64,000 nucleotides of DNA, taken from assembly GCA_964270895.1 (NCBI GenBank), contig OZ185435.1. The stretch is one strand, 5' to 3'. The position numbers and the translations under genes were made by a program. The DNA comes from Podarcis filfolensis. Lineage: Eukaryota. Below are positions 1 through 14,432 of the stretch, piece by piece. Position 1 is the first letter of the stretch; every line of letters starts with the position of its first letter. The notes beneath the pieces are model-generated. The model did no database searches. It was not told where the DNA came from and was given only the letters and a program-made list of their open reading frames with translations.

Positions 1-44
1 TTAAAATTGTATACTACCTAGGATGCTTTGACAGAAATGTGGCA

Positions 45-439
45 TACCGTACTTTTCCATGTATAAGACACAGGTTTTTTCTTTAAAAAAAAAGTTAAAA
101 ATTTTGGGCTTCTCTTATACATGGGTAGTGCATTGGGGGTACGGGGGATTCACCCAATCACCGTGATTAGGAGATTGTCAGCGGCAATTGGTTGGGCAAT
201 TTCCACCTGCTGGCGGTGAGCAGGCATATGATCGGTGCCTCTGGCGACGCGTGTGGTCATGTGGGTGAGTGATTTTTGGCACCCCCCCAAAAAAAAATGC
301 TCAACAACTCTGGGCAATCCTCCCCCCCAAAAAAGCTTAACAACTCTTGGTAAGCTCCCCCCATTTTCTTAATTTGGAGTCTCCAAAAATAGGGGGCGTC
401 TTATACACAGGGGCATGTTATACACGGAAAAATATGGTA
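45..439. mobile_element. Non-autonomous Tc1/mariner (Tc2/pogo-like) DNA transposon
   Basis: TA|CCGTACTTTTCCATGTATAAG ... TTATACACGGAAAAATATGG|TA: imperfect TIRs with TA TSD. Interior is similar to the copy at 47074-47539. Confidence 0.8.
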
Positions 440-690
440 TAAAGGCTATACATAAATAATGGAAGGCCTGTTCACTTGCTACTTTGGGGAGGGGGAGAGA
501 CTTGTGCTATGTAGCCTTTTGTGAAAAATGCACATACCCTTTCCTTCACTGAGTATTATTTTTTTTTTTAAATGTGTGTCTTCCTCACCACAGAATTGAA
601 ATACATGAATTGCTCCAAGATTTTGCCTTATTTGCATTTGGCTTGTGAAGAAGCCATTGCAAGTGCTGATAAGAAGTGATCATGTTATAA

Positions 691-810
<120 letters not shown>

Positions 811-1877
811 TGAATTTACATGTTCTTGTTTTTTTTGCAAATCCTGGTTTTTCAGTGCTAGTTACTGAACACAGGAAAGCAATTCTACCTTCAGTTAAAA
901 TGCTTACTAAACGTTGCTGGAAAACACTTCAAAACATGTTGAGATTCGCCTCTAATCCTGTTTGTCTTCAACAAAGTGTATTTAGCTTGGTCTCTTTTTA
1001 GCTTCCTTGAACTTTACCATTCTGTACAATTATTCTAAGATGCATTTAGGTAAGCAGAGTTTTTGTGCACCTCTGGACAATGGCAAAATGAGAACACATT
1101 AGGTTGGATTCCAGGATAAGTTAATTGTCCCATTTATTTTAGAGGGCACTAAGTTAGTCATGATTAACTTTCCATAGCGCTTTTCAGTGGGACATCTGCA
1201 AGTAACCTAGTGGAATAGTTTATAGTGGAATAGTTGCTGGGGTTTGGGGGATTTTGGGACATGTTGCCACACAATGTCAGCATCCTTCAGCTAATATTCC
1301 TGGATATTGTACTCAAAACCCTGCTTTTACATTCAGAGATTTTCCGCCCAGGTGTTGGTTACAATGGCCGAATCCCAGCTATGTCCGCGAAATTCCGGAT
1401 GTATGGGAGCCCTAGATTTGGCAGACAGTTTTTATTGGCCCTTCCCTCAAACCAGTGGAAGATGTTAAGTTTGTGAGCTCAGTTCAAAGGAGATAGATGA
1501 CAGATAGAAATGATGGGACTGAGCCCTTGGCAGTAGTCATGAGCCAAATACAAAATTTCATCACAATAACCAGAGTCACCATAGTTCAGGCAAACATGTA
1601 GTTCCTTTTCTAATCTCCTCTACCCCCCACAAGATCAGTATTCTTGAACAGTAGGCATAATTTTAAAAATAAATAAATCGCAAAAGTGCTATCCCCATGT
1701 GCAGGCTCATAGCACCAACAATAATTGCCTGGAAGGACGTAAGGCTACACTAGGAGAGTGACTACAGCCATGGAACTTTTCTCAGTTAGGGCAGAACCCT
1801 CCATTAGCGTGGAAAGGAAAACTCCACACTCACTCTCTAATAATGACTGTGGCCAAAGATGCAGGCAATTAGCTACA

Positions 1878-2137
1878 TACAGTCGTACCTTGGATCCCAA
1901 ACTCGGTACTTGGGCTTGGCACTCGGTACTTGGGCTTGGTACTCGGACATTTTGGCTCCTGAACGCCACAAACCTGGAAGTGAGTGTTCCGGTTTGTGAA
2001 CTTTCTTTGGAACCTGAACATCCGACAGGGCTTCTGCGGCTTCCGATTGGCTGCAGGAGCCTCCTGCAGCCAATCAGAAGCCGCGCTTTGGTGTCCGGAC
2101 GTTTTGGATTCCGTTCGACTTCCAAGGTATGACTGTA
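1878..2137. mobile_element. Tigger/pogo-like MITE family A
   Basis: TA|CAGTCGTACCTTGGA ... TCCAAGGTATGACTG|TA. Central palindrome GATTGGCTGCAGGAGCCTCCTGCAGCCAATC. Carries an internal ~20-bp tandem repeat near 1903-1948. Confidence 0.88.
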
Positions 2138-2836
2138 TTCACTTTTTAAAATGCTGGATCGAACAGCAACTGTTCTGTAAATGGTAAGTGTGGAGAGGCC
2201 CTTAATCTGGATTGAGCCCACTGCCTTGTGGAATTTGCATCTCTATTGGCCATATTGGGTGGGGCTGATGGGAATTGGAGTGAACTGGAGGGTCACATGG
2301 TCCTAATCTGTTGCTCTATTTGCACAGTGAGTTAAAATATGTTAAGAGTTCTCCAGCCATGAAAAAACACACTATGAGTTGAAAGCCATGTCCTTGTCAA
2401 GAAAATGACTTAAGCTATTGTTAATGCTCCAGGTGAGAGGATGCTGAACCAAGTTCAACACAAAATATCTGTAGTTTTTCATCCATTGATCTCTTCCTGC
2501 TTGGTAGTAACTGCAGTTCATGAATCTCTGTGGCTGTTATGCAAGATAGAATTGCTTTGTGCCAAATGGGATTAATACTGTGGGATACACCCAAAACTAA
2601 CGTGCAAAGGGGGAAAAAATGAAAGGGGCCTTATTTCACTGCAATGTTGCTATTAGTTGTTGCTTTTATCCTGAATGGGTTATTCTCTTACAATCACTTT
2701 AAAACGGGCTGTGCCTCATTTTCTTTTCTTGGTTTTTGACCAGAGAAATCCAATGTTACCTCTACGTAAAATTTATCCTAAGATTTATCCTTTACATGCA
2801 AATTGATCCCAAATCCTAATATTCCGAGTGATATTA

Positions 2837-2927
2837 GATTGATTGATTGATTGATTGATTGATAGATAGATGATAGATATATAGATAGATGATAGATAGA
2901 TGATAGATAGATGATAGATAGATAGAT
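2837..2927. repeat. (GATT)n/(GATA)n compound microsatellite
   Basis: Seen directly. Confidence 0.95.
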
Positions 2928-3482
2928 CCCTCTGTTCACTCTCTTCAACAGTTTACATAATTTTATAAACCCACGTCATTTTCTCACTCAGTCGTCTTCT
3001 TTTCTCCCTAAACTATAATACTGTGAATATTTTAGATTTTTTGTTGAGAGTAGGTGCTCCAATTGCTAGATCATATTGGCTGTCCTTATCTGACACCTCC
3101 TGCTCTGTGGTACTCTGAATATGCCAGATGTCATGTCCACAGTATAGATTTATATGACATGGCATTATAATATCCGACAGTTTTATCTTCAGTCTCGCTC
3201 CTCAATAATTTTTTGACACTAAGTATTTTCTTTTCCACTGTCATAACGCGCTGAGTTTACTCTCAGTAAGCTATCAACCCTAATATCAATATTTCTTTCT
3301 TTGGTGGCCATGGACAATTCAGTATGAGATATTTCAGTGTCAGTTAGATTTATTGCCAGACGATTCAGCTAGAGAAATGATATGAACTGTGCTTTCCAGT
3401 ATGTACAAGCCCATCATCATTAAATAATGTAAATAGTTGTCATGTAATTTCTTCTTACCCTTCTTTCTTTTTAAATTTTCAG

Positions 3483-3511
3483 TGGTCATAGCTGGTGATG
3501 GAGTATTAAAG
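3483..3511 (+). CDS. MAP3K20: MAP3K20 exon 6: (V)VIAGDGVLK
   Basis: Polypyrimidine tract, AG at 3481-3482, GTAGGA donor. 29 nt. Phase is compatible with exon 5 (G+TG). Confidence 0.95.
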
Positions 3512-3633
3512 GTAGGAAAATATAAAGCACATATAAAGTTTATTTGTTGTAGCACCCTATTTTGCATCATAGTTGTCCCCCCGGCTCAAAAAAATGTGGA
3601 CGCTCATTTTTGTTTATATACTGCTTTTTCTAG

Positions 3634-3843
<210 letters not shown>

Positions 3844-3972
3844 TAGCCCCTCAAGTCTCATCTAACACAAAGCCAGGAAAAGATAGTGCTGGTTGTAATA
3901 TTTTTAAAAACATTTTTATTCTTAGAATTGGTAGTCACGTGTCACACAGAGTCCTTCGAGCGGCTTGCAGTG

Positions 3973-4225
3973 TACAGTTGTACCTTGGATTCCGAACGCC
4001 TTGGTACTTGGACGTTTTGGCTCCTGAACGCCGCAAACCTGAAGTGAGTGTCCCGGTTTGTGAACGTTCTTTGGAACCTGAACGTCCGACGGGGCTTCTG
4101 CGGCTTCCGATTGGCTGCAGGAGCTTCCTGCAGCCAATCGGAAGCCGCACTTTGGTTTCTGAATGTTTTGGAAGTCGAACGGACTTCTGGAAGGGATTCC
4201 GTTCGACTTCCAAGGTACGACTGTA
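3973..4225. mobile_element. Tigger/pogo-like MITE family A
   Basis: TA|CAGTTGTACCTTGGA ... TCCAAGGTACGACTG|TA. Same interior and orientation as the 1878 copy. Confidence 0.88.
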
Positions 4226-7200
4226 TTTAAAAACCTTAAACATAAATACATTGTGATATCAACACATTAATACTAAAACACATGCAATTCGTAACAATCT
4301 ATAAAATACCCTCCCATCAAAAAGACAGATGCAGGAAGCTCTATCAGCACACTGACAGACATACAAGGCACACAAATCTCTTGAATGTGTACTTGCGTGC
4401 TCATTCCTTTACAGCTGCCTCAGTATTTCTTGCACACAGACACGCTTTGTTGACATCTTTTCTTCAACATGATTCTTGTGGGGCATGTTTTGTCTATGTT
4501 TCTCTTGTCATGTGTCCTGTTCAGGTATTACTCTCCAATCCTGATAGGACAAACACCAAGGACCCAGGAACAAACCATAGCACTCCTAACCAGTAACAAA
4601 CCATAGCACTAACAACGCTAGTAATTATTAGTGTTAGAACTGAGACTAACAACAATAAATACCTATTGTGGGTGGTTGTCTTTGCCACCCATGGCAGAGA
4701 TCTTAAGAAAATTACTCCCCACTTAAGAAGACTAAACTGTGTCCTGGGTTAGGAAAGACTCTCCTAGGGCAGACATTCCCCTCAATATAAAGTAAGGAGA
4801 TTGGGGAAGGGATGAGGGAGAAATATTAGGTCCCAAAGCCCATTACCACTTACAACATGCCAGGGTGAGGAGAACTCTTAACCCAATCCCATTGATCCAC
4901 GCGTGTAGCCACCAAGCTCAAAGCCACCGATGCCGGTCAGTTTTTCATTCTCACTCACAAAATCATAAGATCTGAAGACATAGGGTTGAATTCATATAGT
5001 TAATTGCATATAGGTGCCATTGGAATCAATGTGAAAAGTTAGACGCCATGAATAACTTGGATTACAGTGATTTCTTACTGAACAGTTAACTTAATCTGTA
5101 ATTTAGGCATTGTTTTTGGAGAAAATCCATGTCACTGGAGGGGTGAAGTTCAGGTATAGGAATAAGTGCCTTAATCTTTATCCCATCTTTAGACTGGTTG
5201 AAATAGGACAAGTTGTTATATCACAATGGCAGATGTGTGCAAGTTCAGTTCAGAGAGTTTCTCTTTTTTCAGCTTGGATTTCCCCCACAATGAAAATAAC
5301 TTGAAAAAGTATAACATTGAAAGAGCACACAAAGACACTTCATGTTGGCTCACTACTTGCACATTTGATTACATTGTTAACCCTCTGCATGAAAAATTTG
5401 CACGGCGCTTAGTTAAATATTTATAGATTACACAAGGATATGCTTGTATGCATTTAATTTCTGATCTAGATAGAAGTTTTGCTGTTCAGTCCTAACCATG
5501 TCTCTTCAGAAGTAAAGTCTGTTTAATTCCATAGAAATTATTTCCAAGTAAGTGGGGTTGGGATTAGACTGCAATTCTTAACCCATTTACGTACGCGTAA
5601 GCCCCATTAAACTCAGTGGAACTGTGTCTACAAGTGCGTAGATTTGCACCATTAGTGGTGCATTGGCTTACATTCTCCAGCCATCGGTTCAGCCAAGCTT
5701 TCCTCTTCATAGGTCTTCAACTTCTCCAAGCCACAACCCTTTACGCCAACAATGTGTTTTGAAGATAAAGAATTAATCCATGAAAATCGTGTCTATTTTT
5801 CTTTTTAAACAATCTCATCCATAAATACAAGTTTTGAACAGCCTGGTATCACAATTTAGAGCACTTACAAGTGGCTTTTGTGCTAGACAGACATCTGCTT
5901 TTCATCCGTTGAAGTGCAGCTGAAATTCTGATAACAAAGAGCAGAATCCTTTTCAAATGTAAAAGAGTGAAGATGTCGAGAAATGGCATTCTGCTGGCAG
6001 AATCCATGGCCTTTCTTTTATTTATTTTTTTCCCTGGGTTTTCCCCTGCCAGAATGGGTTGTATTCATTGAACTATTATATTGTTTTCTATCTTCTATTT
6101 ACAATGTTAAAGTGGGGGGGGGGCGGGAGCATTTTCCCACCATAGTACAATATAATGCTGTCAATCCATAGGTCCATAGTTTTTTCCTTGGTCAACTTCA
6201 AGTTGCCTCTTCTGAATAAATCACAAGAACACTAGGAAGGATTGCATATATTAGTTAGTTTTCCCTATAATTCACATAACTTTTTGAGATTTGGCAAACA
6301 ATTTCATGAGATCGGGGCACTTGAGGATAAAAATCCCTTGAAGCCTTACTTGGCTGCAAGTTCTGTGGGAAACAATGGGGCTTATATCTGTGAGATAACA
6401 GGTCCTAGGATTGTACTGCAACTTGTCTGCAAGGGGCTTCCACTTAAATGAATGAAATATACTTGTAAGTAAATGAGTTTGCAGTCAGAGTTTAACATAT
6501 AGTTGGTCTACCTATCCAAATGCCATACCAAGGATTCCTGTGGTCTGTCCAATAGTTCCCTTAGCCATTAAAAATGCCTGTGCTCCCATGAGTAGACATA
6601 TCCTTCTGCATGAGGCAGAAAATAATATGCAGTCTTTCTACCTGATAGGGGGGATGCTTATGGGATAATGATGATAACTCTGAAATTGTCACAGCATATT
6701 CAATTTAAATATCAGTTCAACGGGATTCCTTTTACCAGTGAATTTGTATATATATTTAATTGCAGGGGTTTCGTGTAATAAATTTCCCTTTAGAAATGTA
6801 GATCCAGTAAGATTCGTCTTCATTACACTGAGCATGTGTTGCCTTGGATATGAAAACCTATTTATAGAGTGAGTGAGAGAGACACTTCTTTTAATCCAGC
6901 TTTTTAAGATAGTTGTTCAGCCATGCAAAACACCCAGACTTCTTTCCTAACTAGAATTGGTAGCTAGCGATCCACTGGGCTCGTAATGTTTCTCCAGCAC
7001 AATGTATGGAGAACAGGTTTTCTTGGGAAGCCTCAGCTGCCATTGCCAGTAACATTTTGGGAGCCATGCATATGCTCCTGAGTTAAAGACTAAAACTCCC
7101 GTTAGCTTTGTTCATCAAACTTCTGGAGTGGTAGCATTAAAGAAAAAAAAGAAAAAGCAGGGTTTGCATACATAGCAGCTTACTGTGGCTCACTACTTGT

Positions 7201-7824
7201 GTTTTTGCTGGTTGCCTTGAATGACCTTGAATATCTATTCACTGTTGTTTTTTCCTTATGGTTTGATTTTTATTTACTGCTTCTGAATCAGAAGTCATTT
7301 CATGCAAAGTGAATTATCCCATGCCCAACAGGGCTGGTTTTCCCCAAACTTCATTTGTGTGACTTCCTCACCCTTTCTTCATGGAAGTTCTTCTTCGTCT
7401 CTATTTGCATAGCTGTCCTTTTCAGAGATGATGCACCAGGACTGGATAAACCAGACCGAGATTTGTATAATGTGCTTGGCTGCACAAAAGAAGACAGCAA
7501 CTAACGAAATAACCGTGTGTATGTACACAGGCATCAGTTTGGACATTTTAGTAGAAGAATAAATGGACGGAGGCAGAAGCAAGTCTCAACCACCAGACTT
7601 GAGCAACTGAGGAACAAAGAAAGATTTCAGCCTTGTGTATTTTACAACCAAAATATAACCCCACACTTCTCTTTATCATAAAAAACTGAGAAATATTCAA
7701 ATTTAATTTAGTGTGGGGATCTTGCACACAAATATATGTCCATGTTCCTGCAAATGGACTCTGGTTGCCTGGTAATTGGATACAGATAGTGCTGTATCAA
7801 GGCTTAATAATGTATTTAAAATAC

Positions 7825-8402
7825 NNNNNNNNNNNNNNNNNNNNNNNNNNNNNNNNNNNNNNNNNNNNNNNNNNNNNNNNNNNNNNNNNNNNNNNNNNNN
7901 NNNNNNNNNNNNNNNNNNNNNNNNNNNNNNNNNNNNNNNNNNNNNNNNNNNNNNNNNNNNNNNNNNNNNNNNNNNNNNNNNNNNNNNNNNNNNNNNNNNN
8001 NNNNNNNNNNNNNNNNNNNNNNNNNNNNNNNNNNNNNNNNNNNNNNNNNNNNNNNNNNNNNNNNNNNNNNNNNNNNNNNNNNNNNNNNNNNNNNNNNNNN
8101 NNNNNNNNNNNNNNNNNNNNNNNNNNNNNNNNNNNNNNNNNNNNNNNNNNNNNNNNNNNNNNNNNNNNNNNNNNNNNNNNNNNNNNNNNNNNNNNNNNNN
8201 NNNNNNNNNNNNNNNNNNNNNNNNNNNNNNNNNNNNNNNNNNNNNNNNNNNNNNNNNNNNNNNNNNNNNNNNNNNNNNNNNNNNNNNNNNNNNNNNNNNN
8301 NNNNNNNNNNNNNNNNNNNNNNNNNNNNNNNNNNNNNNNNNNNNNNNNNNNNNNNNNNNNNNNNNNNNNNNNNNNNNNNNNNNNNNNNNNNNNNNNNNNN
8401 NN
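7825..8402. other. Assembly gap (578 N)
   Basis: Run of N. ORFs 7711..8583, 7776..8405 and 7797..8534 are artefacts of it. Confidence 1.
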
Positions 8403-10096
8403 TGAGGATTTCAAAAATAAAAGAAGAAAAAATAGTTTAAAAAAGAGGGAAATTACAGTTTTGCCACCTACGTTCTCGGCTACATTGAAGATGAGATCCT
8501 CACTGGTACTGGTAAGGCTCTGCCATAGTTGCAAGCTTCCTCATGTGGTGTCTTTCCATTTCAAAAGAACTTCAGTGGCGTAAACACCCTTTGTACAGGG
8601 TCCCCAGCGTTGCTTTTCTTCTTCCTACAAATTGAGGCTTTCAGGTAGTTGAACATGTGAGCGTTTATTTGAACGCATGGCTCCTTGATGTCAAAGACAG
8701 GAAGTACAGGATTTTCTTTCTTTCCCCCCACTAAAGGGGAAAAAAATTAAAGTTGTGGCTGTGTCACACACCAAGTATGGAAATCCTCTATCTAGGCAGA
8801 CTGGAAGGTTGTGGGTACGTTACTTAATAAAAAGCTACTTGGCTAAAAAGCGACAGCTCGGCTTCTTGAATTCTTTTATATATATAGCTGGCTTCCCCAA
8901 TGGTTTTAGACTCTTTAAAGTGTTATTAGGGGGAAAAATATTCCTAGAAATACAGGTGGGAGTGAATTAATGTTTAAACGACCTTCTGCCTTTTAAAAGT
9001 TCTTATTGAATGTTAGGTTGGCTGTCCTGTCTGGGAATCCAACTTAGTTGGGAATCTTTCCTTAATTCAGAACAACCTTATGCTTGTAACTTCCTACAGT
9101 ATAAGTTTAGAATAATAAGGTGTAATCTGTATCTGTTCCATTTCTAAGCGTGAAGAAAAGCTTATTGGTTCAGCACAATATTTCTTCCCTTGGGGACGAG
9201 GCGATCGAGACACAAATTTCCTCCATATACACCAGTGCTTTGGTTTCATAGTTGGATACGGGAATCTGGTATATAAGATGTATAGTGTATACCATGTCGA
9301 CCACTTAGATCGCTGCTCTGCTTAGTATGGACATGATCCAGCCAAAATTAGGCACTTCAAAAACCTCATTGGTTCCAGTGCTCAACGTTCTCTCTGTTGA
9401 AATAAATGGAACATAGAACTATTGAACTTTATCTAGATTGACTATTCAGCCTGAAGTTTGCGTAGAAGAGGGAATGTGAGGGAATAATGTTAAATATATG
9501 AGTGCTGACTTTGATTTTAATGGAAAGCAAGGGCCTGCCAATTTCTTCAGTGGACTGGAAATGATGAATAAAAACCTCTAATGGTCATTGAGGCGTTATG
9601 TAATTTTTAGTGTCCGGACAATAGAGCAAAAGTTATGGTGCCCATGTTTTTGAATAGAACACTACAGTGACGTTTGGAAACTAATGTCACTGGGTAAGAT
9701 TACCGTACTGATTCTGTTTTTTTTTTCCTGTTTGTTTTTAAAAAAATATGATGTCAAATTGTTGCCTGCTTATTAAAGCTGTGAAATATTTGTGTTTCTT
9801 TCTAACGTTTTAAAAATCCTAATAAATTGGTTAAGTGCTGTATGGTGTTTCTATGCAGACAGAATCACATGACAGTAGAGATTTCTGTCGACATAAGGTG
9901 GGAGAAAGGAGGAGGAGAGAGGTGGTTTTTTTGCCAATTTCCACCCTCACTCTATGCCCTCTAGATCTGCTCCAGAGGGTTGGGGGACCCTCAGAACAGC
10001 AGAGAAGGTAGTGGGGGGGGGCTGCATAGGAGAGGCAAAGATTTGCTGATGGAAGTCCCTGCTGGACAGAACTGGATCAACTCTGTATGTCTCGAA

Positions 10097-10409
10097 GGTC
10101 CCATCTGTACTATACACTTAAATCAGTATCGTACCCTAAAGAATCCTGGGCACTGTTAGTTTGTTAAGGATGCTGTGAGTTGTTAGGAGACCTCTGTCGC
10201 TCTCCGAGAACTACACTTCCCAGAATGGTTAACAGTTAATCTTTCTTACCAGGGAACTCTGGGAATTGTAGCTCTGTGAAGGGAATAGGTGTCCCCTAAC
10301 AACTCGCGGAAGTCTAACAACTAACATTTCCCAGGATTCCTTGGGGGAAAGCCACGACTGTTTATAAAGTGGTACGGTACTGCTGTAAATGCATAATTTA
10401 GATGGGGCC
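10097..10409. mobile_element. Palindromic MITE (possibly PIF/Harbinger-like)
   Basis: GGTCCCATCT ... AGATGGGGCC termini with symmetric internal arms (aagaatcctggg / cccaggattcctt). No clean TSD, so the superfamily is uncertain. Confidence 0.6.
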
Positions 10410-12330
10410 TGAGTTCCAAGTTCCCTCTCAGCCGTCAGTCTGCAAACTATGTTTGTTGCCCTTTTAAAGCACATCTAACACAATTTAAAAGTTCATTACG
10501 TCCTCCAGAGAACTATAATTAAAGGGTGCTGGGAACTGTAGCTCTCTGAGGAGTTAACTAACCTACAGTTCCCAGTGTTCTTTGTGGAAAGCAGATTGCT
10601 TTAGATGTGCTTTGTGACCTAAAGTTTTCGCTATGGTGAGAGAACAACTAAACCTCAGTTTTGTCCCAGGCAGAATTCCTCACTTGTTATAGTTAGAGCA
10701 GATTACAACCCTTAGAATGGTTGGTTGTGGAAGTACACTGTTTATTAACTGTCAGGGGTCCTTTAATGAGTAATAATTAAGACTTTCAGACTCATCTATC
10801 CTGTAGGTTACAAAAAGAATTCTGAAGAATTTGCATCCTTCCTCAATTTAGAATGTGTTTAGACCAGCATACATTTTATCCTCACAACCCTGTGACATAG
10901 ATTAGGCTGAGAAATGGCAATTTGCCCAGTTCCACCAAGTGAGATTCCTAGCTGGGGATCTGAACCCATATTTCCATAATCCAGGTCCAGTACTCTGTTC
11001 ATTAAACCATGCCGACTCTTAAGTGAAATATCAGTTCTTTAAATGACTTCTTCCTCATTCCACTAGAGTTTTTCTTGGTACTTACATGTTTTAAACTCCA
11101 AAACACAATCCTAATATAAAAGTTCATATTAGAGATGTCATTATCTAACATCAAATTACTACTTAGAAATGTCACTTTTATTAGAGTATGACACTCTTTG
11201 GGACCTGCTACCTATATATTACCTGACAAATAACATTCTACTCAAGTAAGATGGATGCAAGTGATGATTACATGTCTTTTAGTAACTCATTTTCCAACTC
11301 CTGGAACAGTGAGGGTTACAGACAAATGCCATTGCTAGACTATCAGTTGTATTTTTAGGCAAATGACTTGACTGAGTATCAAGTGTCATTGCTACTTTGT
11401 TTATGCCAAGTAGACTTATTGAACATACTTTTGGTATAAAAGTTTTTCACATTTATGGTACTCATTATTTAATGATTGCATATTTTATTAGCACTTGCTA
11501 TGTATATTTTATGGGGGTTTTTTATCCCCCCCCATAGCATTCTTTCCTGAGTTTGCATTTCATTCTTACTTTTAAAACACAGCCGTTCATAAATTCTTGC
11601 AGGTCCCATTACACTTATATAGATAACCTGTTTTGTTTAGCTTACTTGACAAAGTGGTGTGCAGGTCATGGCAACCTTAGGGAGCAACGTGAGTGGACAG
11701 AAGTTCAGATTTGATTGCTTTGTATAATTGGGTCAATTGTGTTGATCAATAGAATCTTTCTCAATGAAAAGGTTGGGTTTTTTTAGATAGTTAATTGCAT
11801 TACTGAAAGTGTGTAGACGCATTCTTATATGTTGATCACAGCATGAAGATATCAGGTTTTTGTGCTTGTACACAAATCTGCTTTTGGCACTGCGTCTGCC
11901 TTCTGTCGCTAGGTTACTAATTGTTCACGTTGGCAGTAAGTATTTCAATCTTATGTCAATATTTGCAATATGAGAGTTTTCTTCCCACTCTTGAATAATG
12001 TTGTTATTTAAGGTCTTTGAGTATTTACATGTTAGTTATTCTTGCAACACTTAATTAGACTTCTTGTATGGCTTCATCAGTTCGTCAATAAATGTATGAT
12101 GAAGGGTGACTTTCGCATTCTTACCCTACTAAATCTAAGGCCATGTACAGTTGCTTCTCTGAAGCATCAAAAATGACTTAACCCTTCCTTCTGCCATGGC
12201 ATTAACCCTGCAGTAGTTCAACTACTCAAAAGTTCCATTTACTAGAAAAAATGGAGTATATACACACAGGAAAATTGTGCTTAAGTATATTTGCTTCAGT
12301 TTTCTAATAAGCAACTGTAACTTCTTCCTT

Positions 12331-14432
12331 TTTTTAAAAAAATAATATTTATTACTTTTGAAGATTACAGAAAAAGAAGAAAAAAGAAAAATAAAGACAA
12401 GAAAGAAAGAGAGAGGGGGAAAAAGTGAAAAAACACCACAATACAATACAGTATACAAATATTATAAAACCCACCCCAAACCTATTAGATTAAACACATG
12501 ACTTAAAACAAAAAGAGTTTAAAATACATCTCTCCTTTTCCATATTCTATCCTTCATTTCCTTGTTTCCTCGACTTCCTCACACCTCCCTTTTTGTATTC
12601 CAGTTCTTCTAATTGTTTCAGCAAATCCCTTCCATCTTTCTCTGTTTTTTATCATCTTGTAAATAACATATTTTAACCTTATTTCCCTTTAAGACTAAAT
12701 TACTTATCTATACTTAACTTCTTCTAACATTTCACTAAATCCCTATAATATCATTCCACAGTTTTTCTAACAGTCGTTAATTTTACAAAATTTCTAAATA
12801 TGAACTTTAACTTCCCAGTCTTCTTCCACCCTCTCTTTTCCCTGGTTTCGGATTCTGCCAGTCCTTTCCGTCAGATCCATGTAGTCCATCAACCTGGAGA
12901 TCTTATATCCGAGGCTCTTAATTCTTTTCCAAGTCCCTTCTGCGGATCTTCTTCGTATTCTTTAATACTCAGGAGCAAATCTCGGGTAAACTCCAACCAA
13001 ACAAAACTTTTCTTCCTTCTGAACAGCTCAGCCAAGTTTCCATAATTGAAACTAAAGTCCATAAGGTATTTCAGGACGTATTTCAGGATTCCTCCAAATC
13101 CATAGGCCCCCAAAGCTTCAAGTTCCTCCAGGCCCAAACCCATGTCCCAAAAGTCAGTTGGTCCCTGAATATAGGGATCTTTCCAACTTTCGTTCTTCAG
13201 TCCAAGCCAGGGTCCAATCCTCAAAATCTGGCTTTTGCTAGAATCAATCATGCAAGGCCTCAATTTATAATCCTCAATTTGCTTCTGTAGAACTGAGGAT
13301 CCTGCTTGAACTACCTTAGATTTCGCAATGGCATCCTTCTCCTTTTCCTCCACCATTTGTCCTACCAAAGTATATTCCTGTTCCAAGTCCTGAATTATTT
13401 CTGTATTGTTGCTTGCCTTTTGATTCAAATTGGTCACTTTCTATTCCCGGCTGTCAGTTTTGGAAATCATGTCATCTGCCTTTTTGTGCAGCTGTTCAAG
13501 TGAATGATTTATCTTATATAATACAGTCACAATACCTTCTCCTATCAGCATTTTGAATAGTCCAAGGTCAATCTCTGATTCTCAGAAACTTTATCTTGCA
13601 GCTGGAGCTTACCCTGTTACACTCCTGTAACAGTTTCACATGCTCCCTATAGAGGGAAACAGTCTCAACTTGTATCAATTCTTTCAAGCACAGAAACAGT
13701 TTCGATTTTCAGTTATTTTTTTCCTCCCTTTGATAAACTCAGAAGAGATCAATGGAAACAGTATCTTTCCAATTTTAAGTAACTGTCAAATCCGTTCTGT
13801 CAATGAATCTTCCCCAAACGTCATCAGGCAGACCGTTCCCAGGTTCAGAGCAGTGGTAATTTGCTTTTCACTCTCTCCTGCAGGTTCTCCCTAGGTTCAT
13901 GACTTCCCCCCTCTTCTCCTGCTTCCAAGGGGGTTTTGTATTTTTAGCCGATGGAATTTTAGTCCTTTATCAAAAACTTTCAGAGACTTTAGTTTGTAAC
14001 GTCTTTGCTTCAGTCTGTTTACAAAAGCGGAAGGCGGACTTCCTGTTTAGAGCCTTCCCGCTTCGTTGCCAAATTAAAATATTTGAAAATCCAAATTTTC
14101 CAGTCTACTAGTTGTTTAAGGTCCAAATGTCCACAGGAAAAAGTCAGCGCTCTCCGGCAGCAGCAATGCGGCTTCACTCCGTGAAAGAAGCGGTCGATTC
14201 AAAGCACCGCGCCACTCACCCCACATCGCTCCGGATCCCCAAAACAGGGTTTCCCCGCGAGTAGGGGAGGCGCAAAAGGTGCCAGCCGAATCCCAAGTTC
14301 ACAGGCTTCTCCCGCCTGTGATTTCTATGGGTCTCCGCCTTCGCCGTGGCAGTTAGACCCTGCTTTTCACGGAGCAAGTCCCTCCCGATCGTAGGAGCTC
14401 CGCCATTGCCGGAGGCGCCAACCCGGAAGTCT
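12331..14432 (-). mobile_element. L1-derived non-autonomous retrotransposon (half-L1-like), full length, with degraded ORF1-like frame and ORF2 C-terminal tail
   Basis: 16-bp TSD ctgtaac(t/a)tcttcctt at 12315-12330 and 14433-14448. Minus-strand AATAAA (tttatt at 12348-12353) and a short A tail. CpG-rich 5' end starting GACTTCCGGG. Coiled-coil ORF 12889..13437 extends upstream through one stop. Confidence 0.75.

Noticed and set aside
4506-4980. Possible LTR (TGTCA...GACA) with a short internal duplication (aacaaaccatagcact twice)
   Set aside because: No TSD and imperfect termini.
7420-7630. Pyrimidine tract plus CAG followed by a frame reading RDDAPGLDKPDRDLYNVLGCTKEDSN*, faintly like a DnaJ N-terminus; also considered as a replacement for exon 8 or a poison exon
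   Set aside because: No HPD motif, an early stop, no similarity to ZAK exon 8 and no convincing donor. Most likely chance.
7711-8583. Long ORFs of 200-300 aa here and at 57028-57957
   Set aside because: Artefacts of N runs translated as X.
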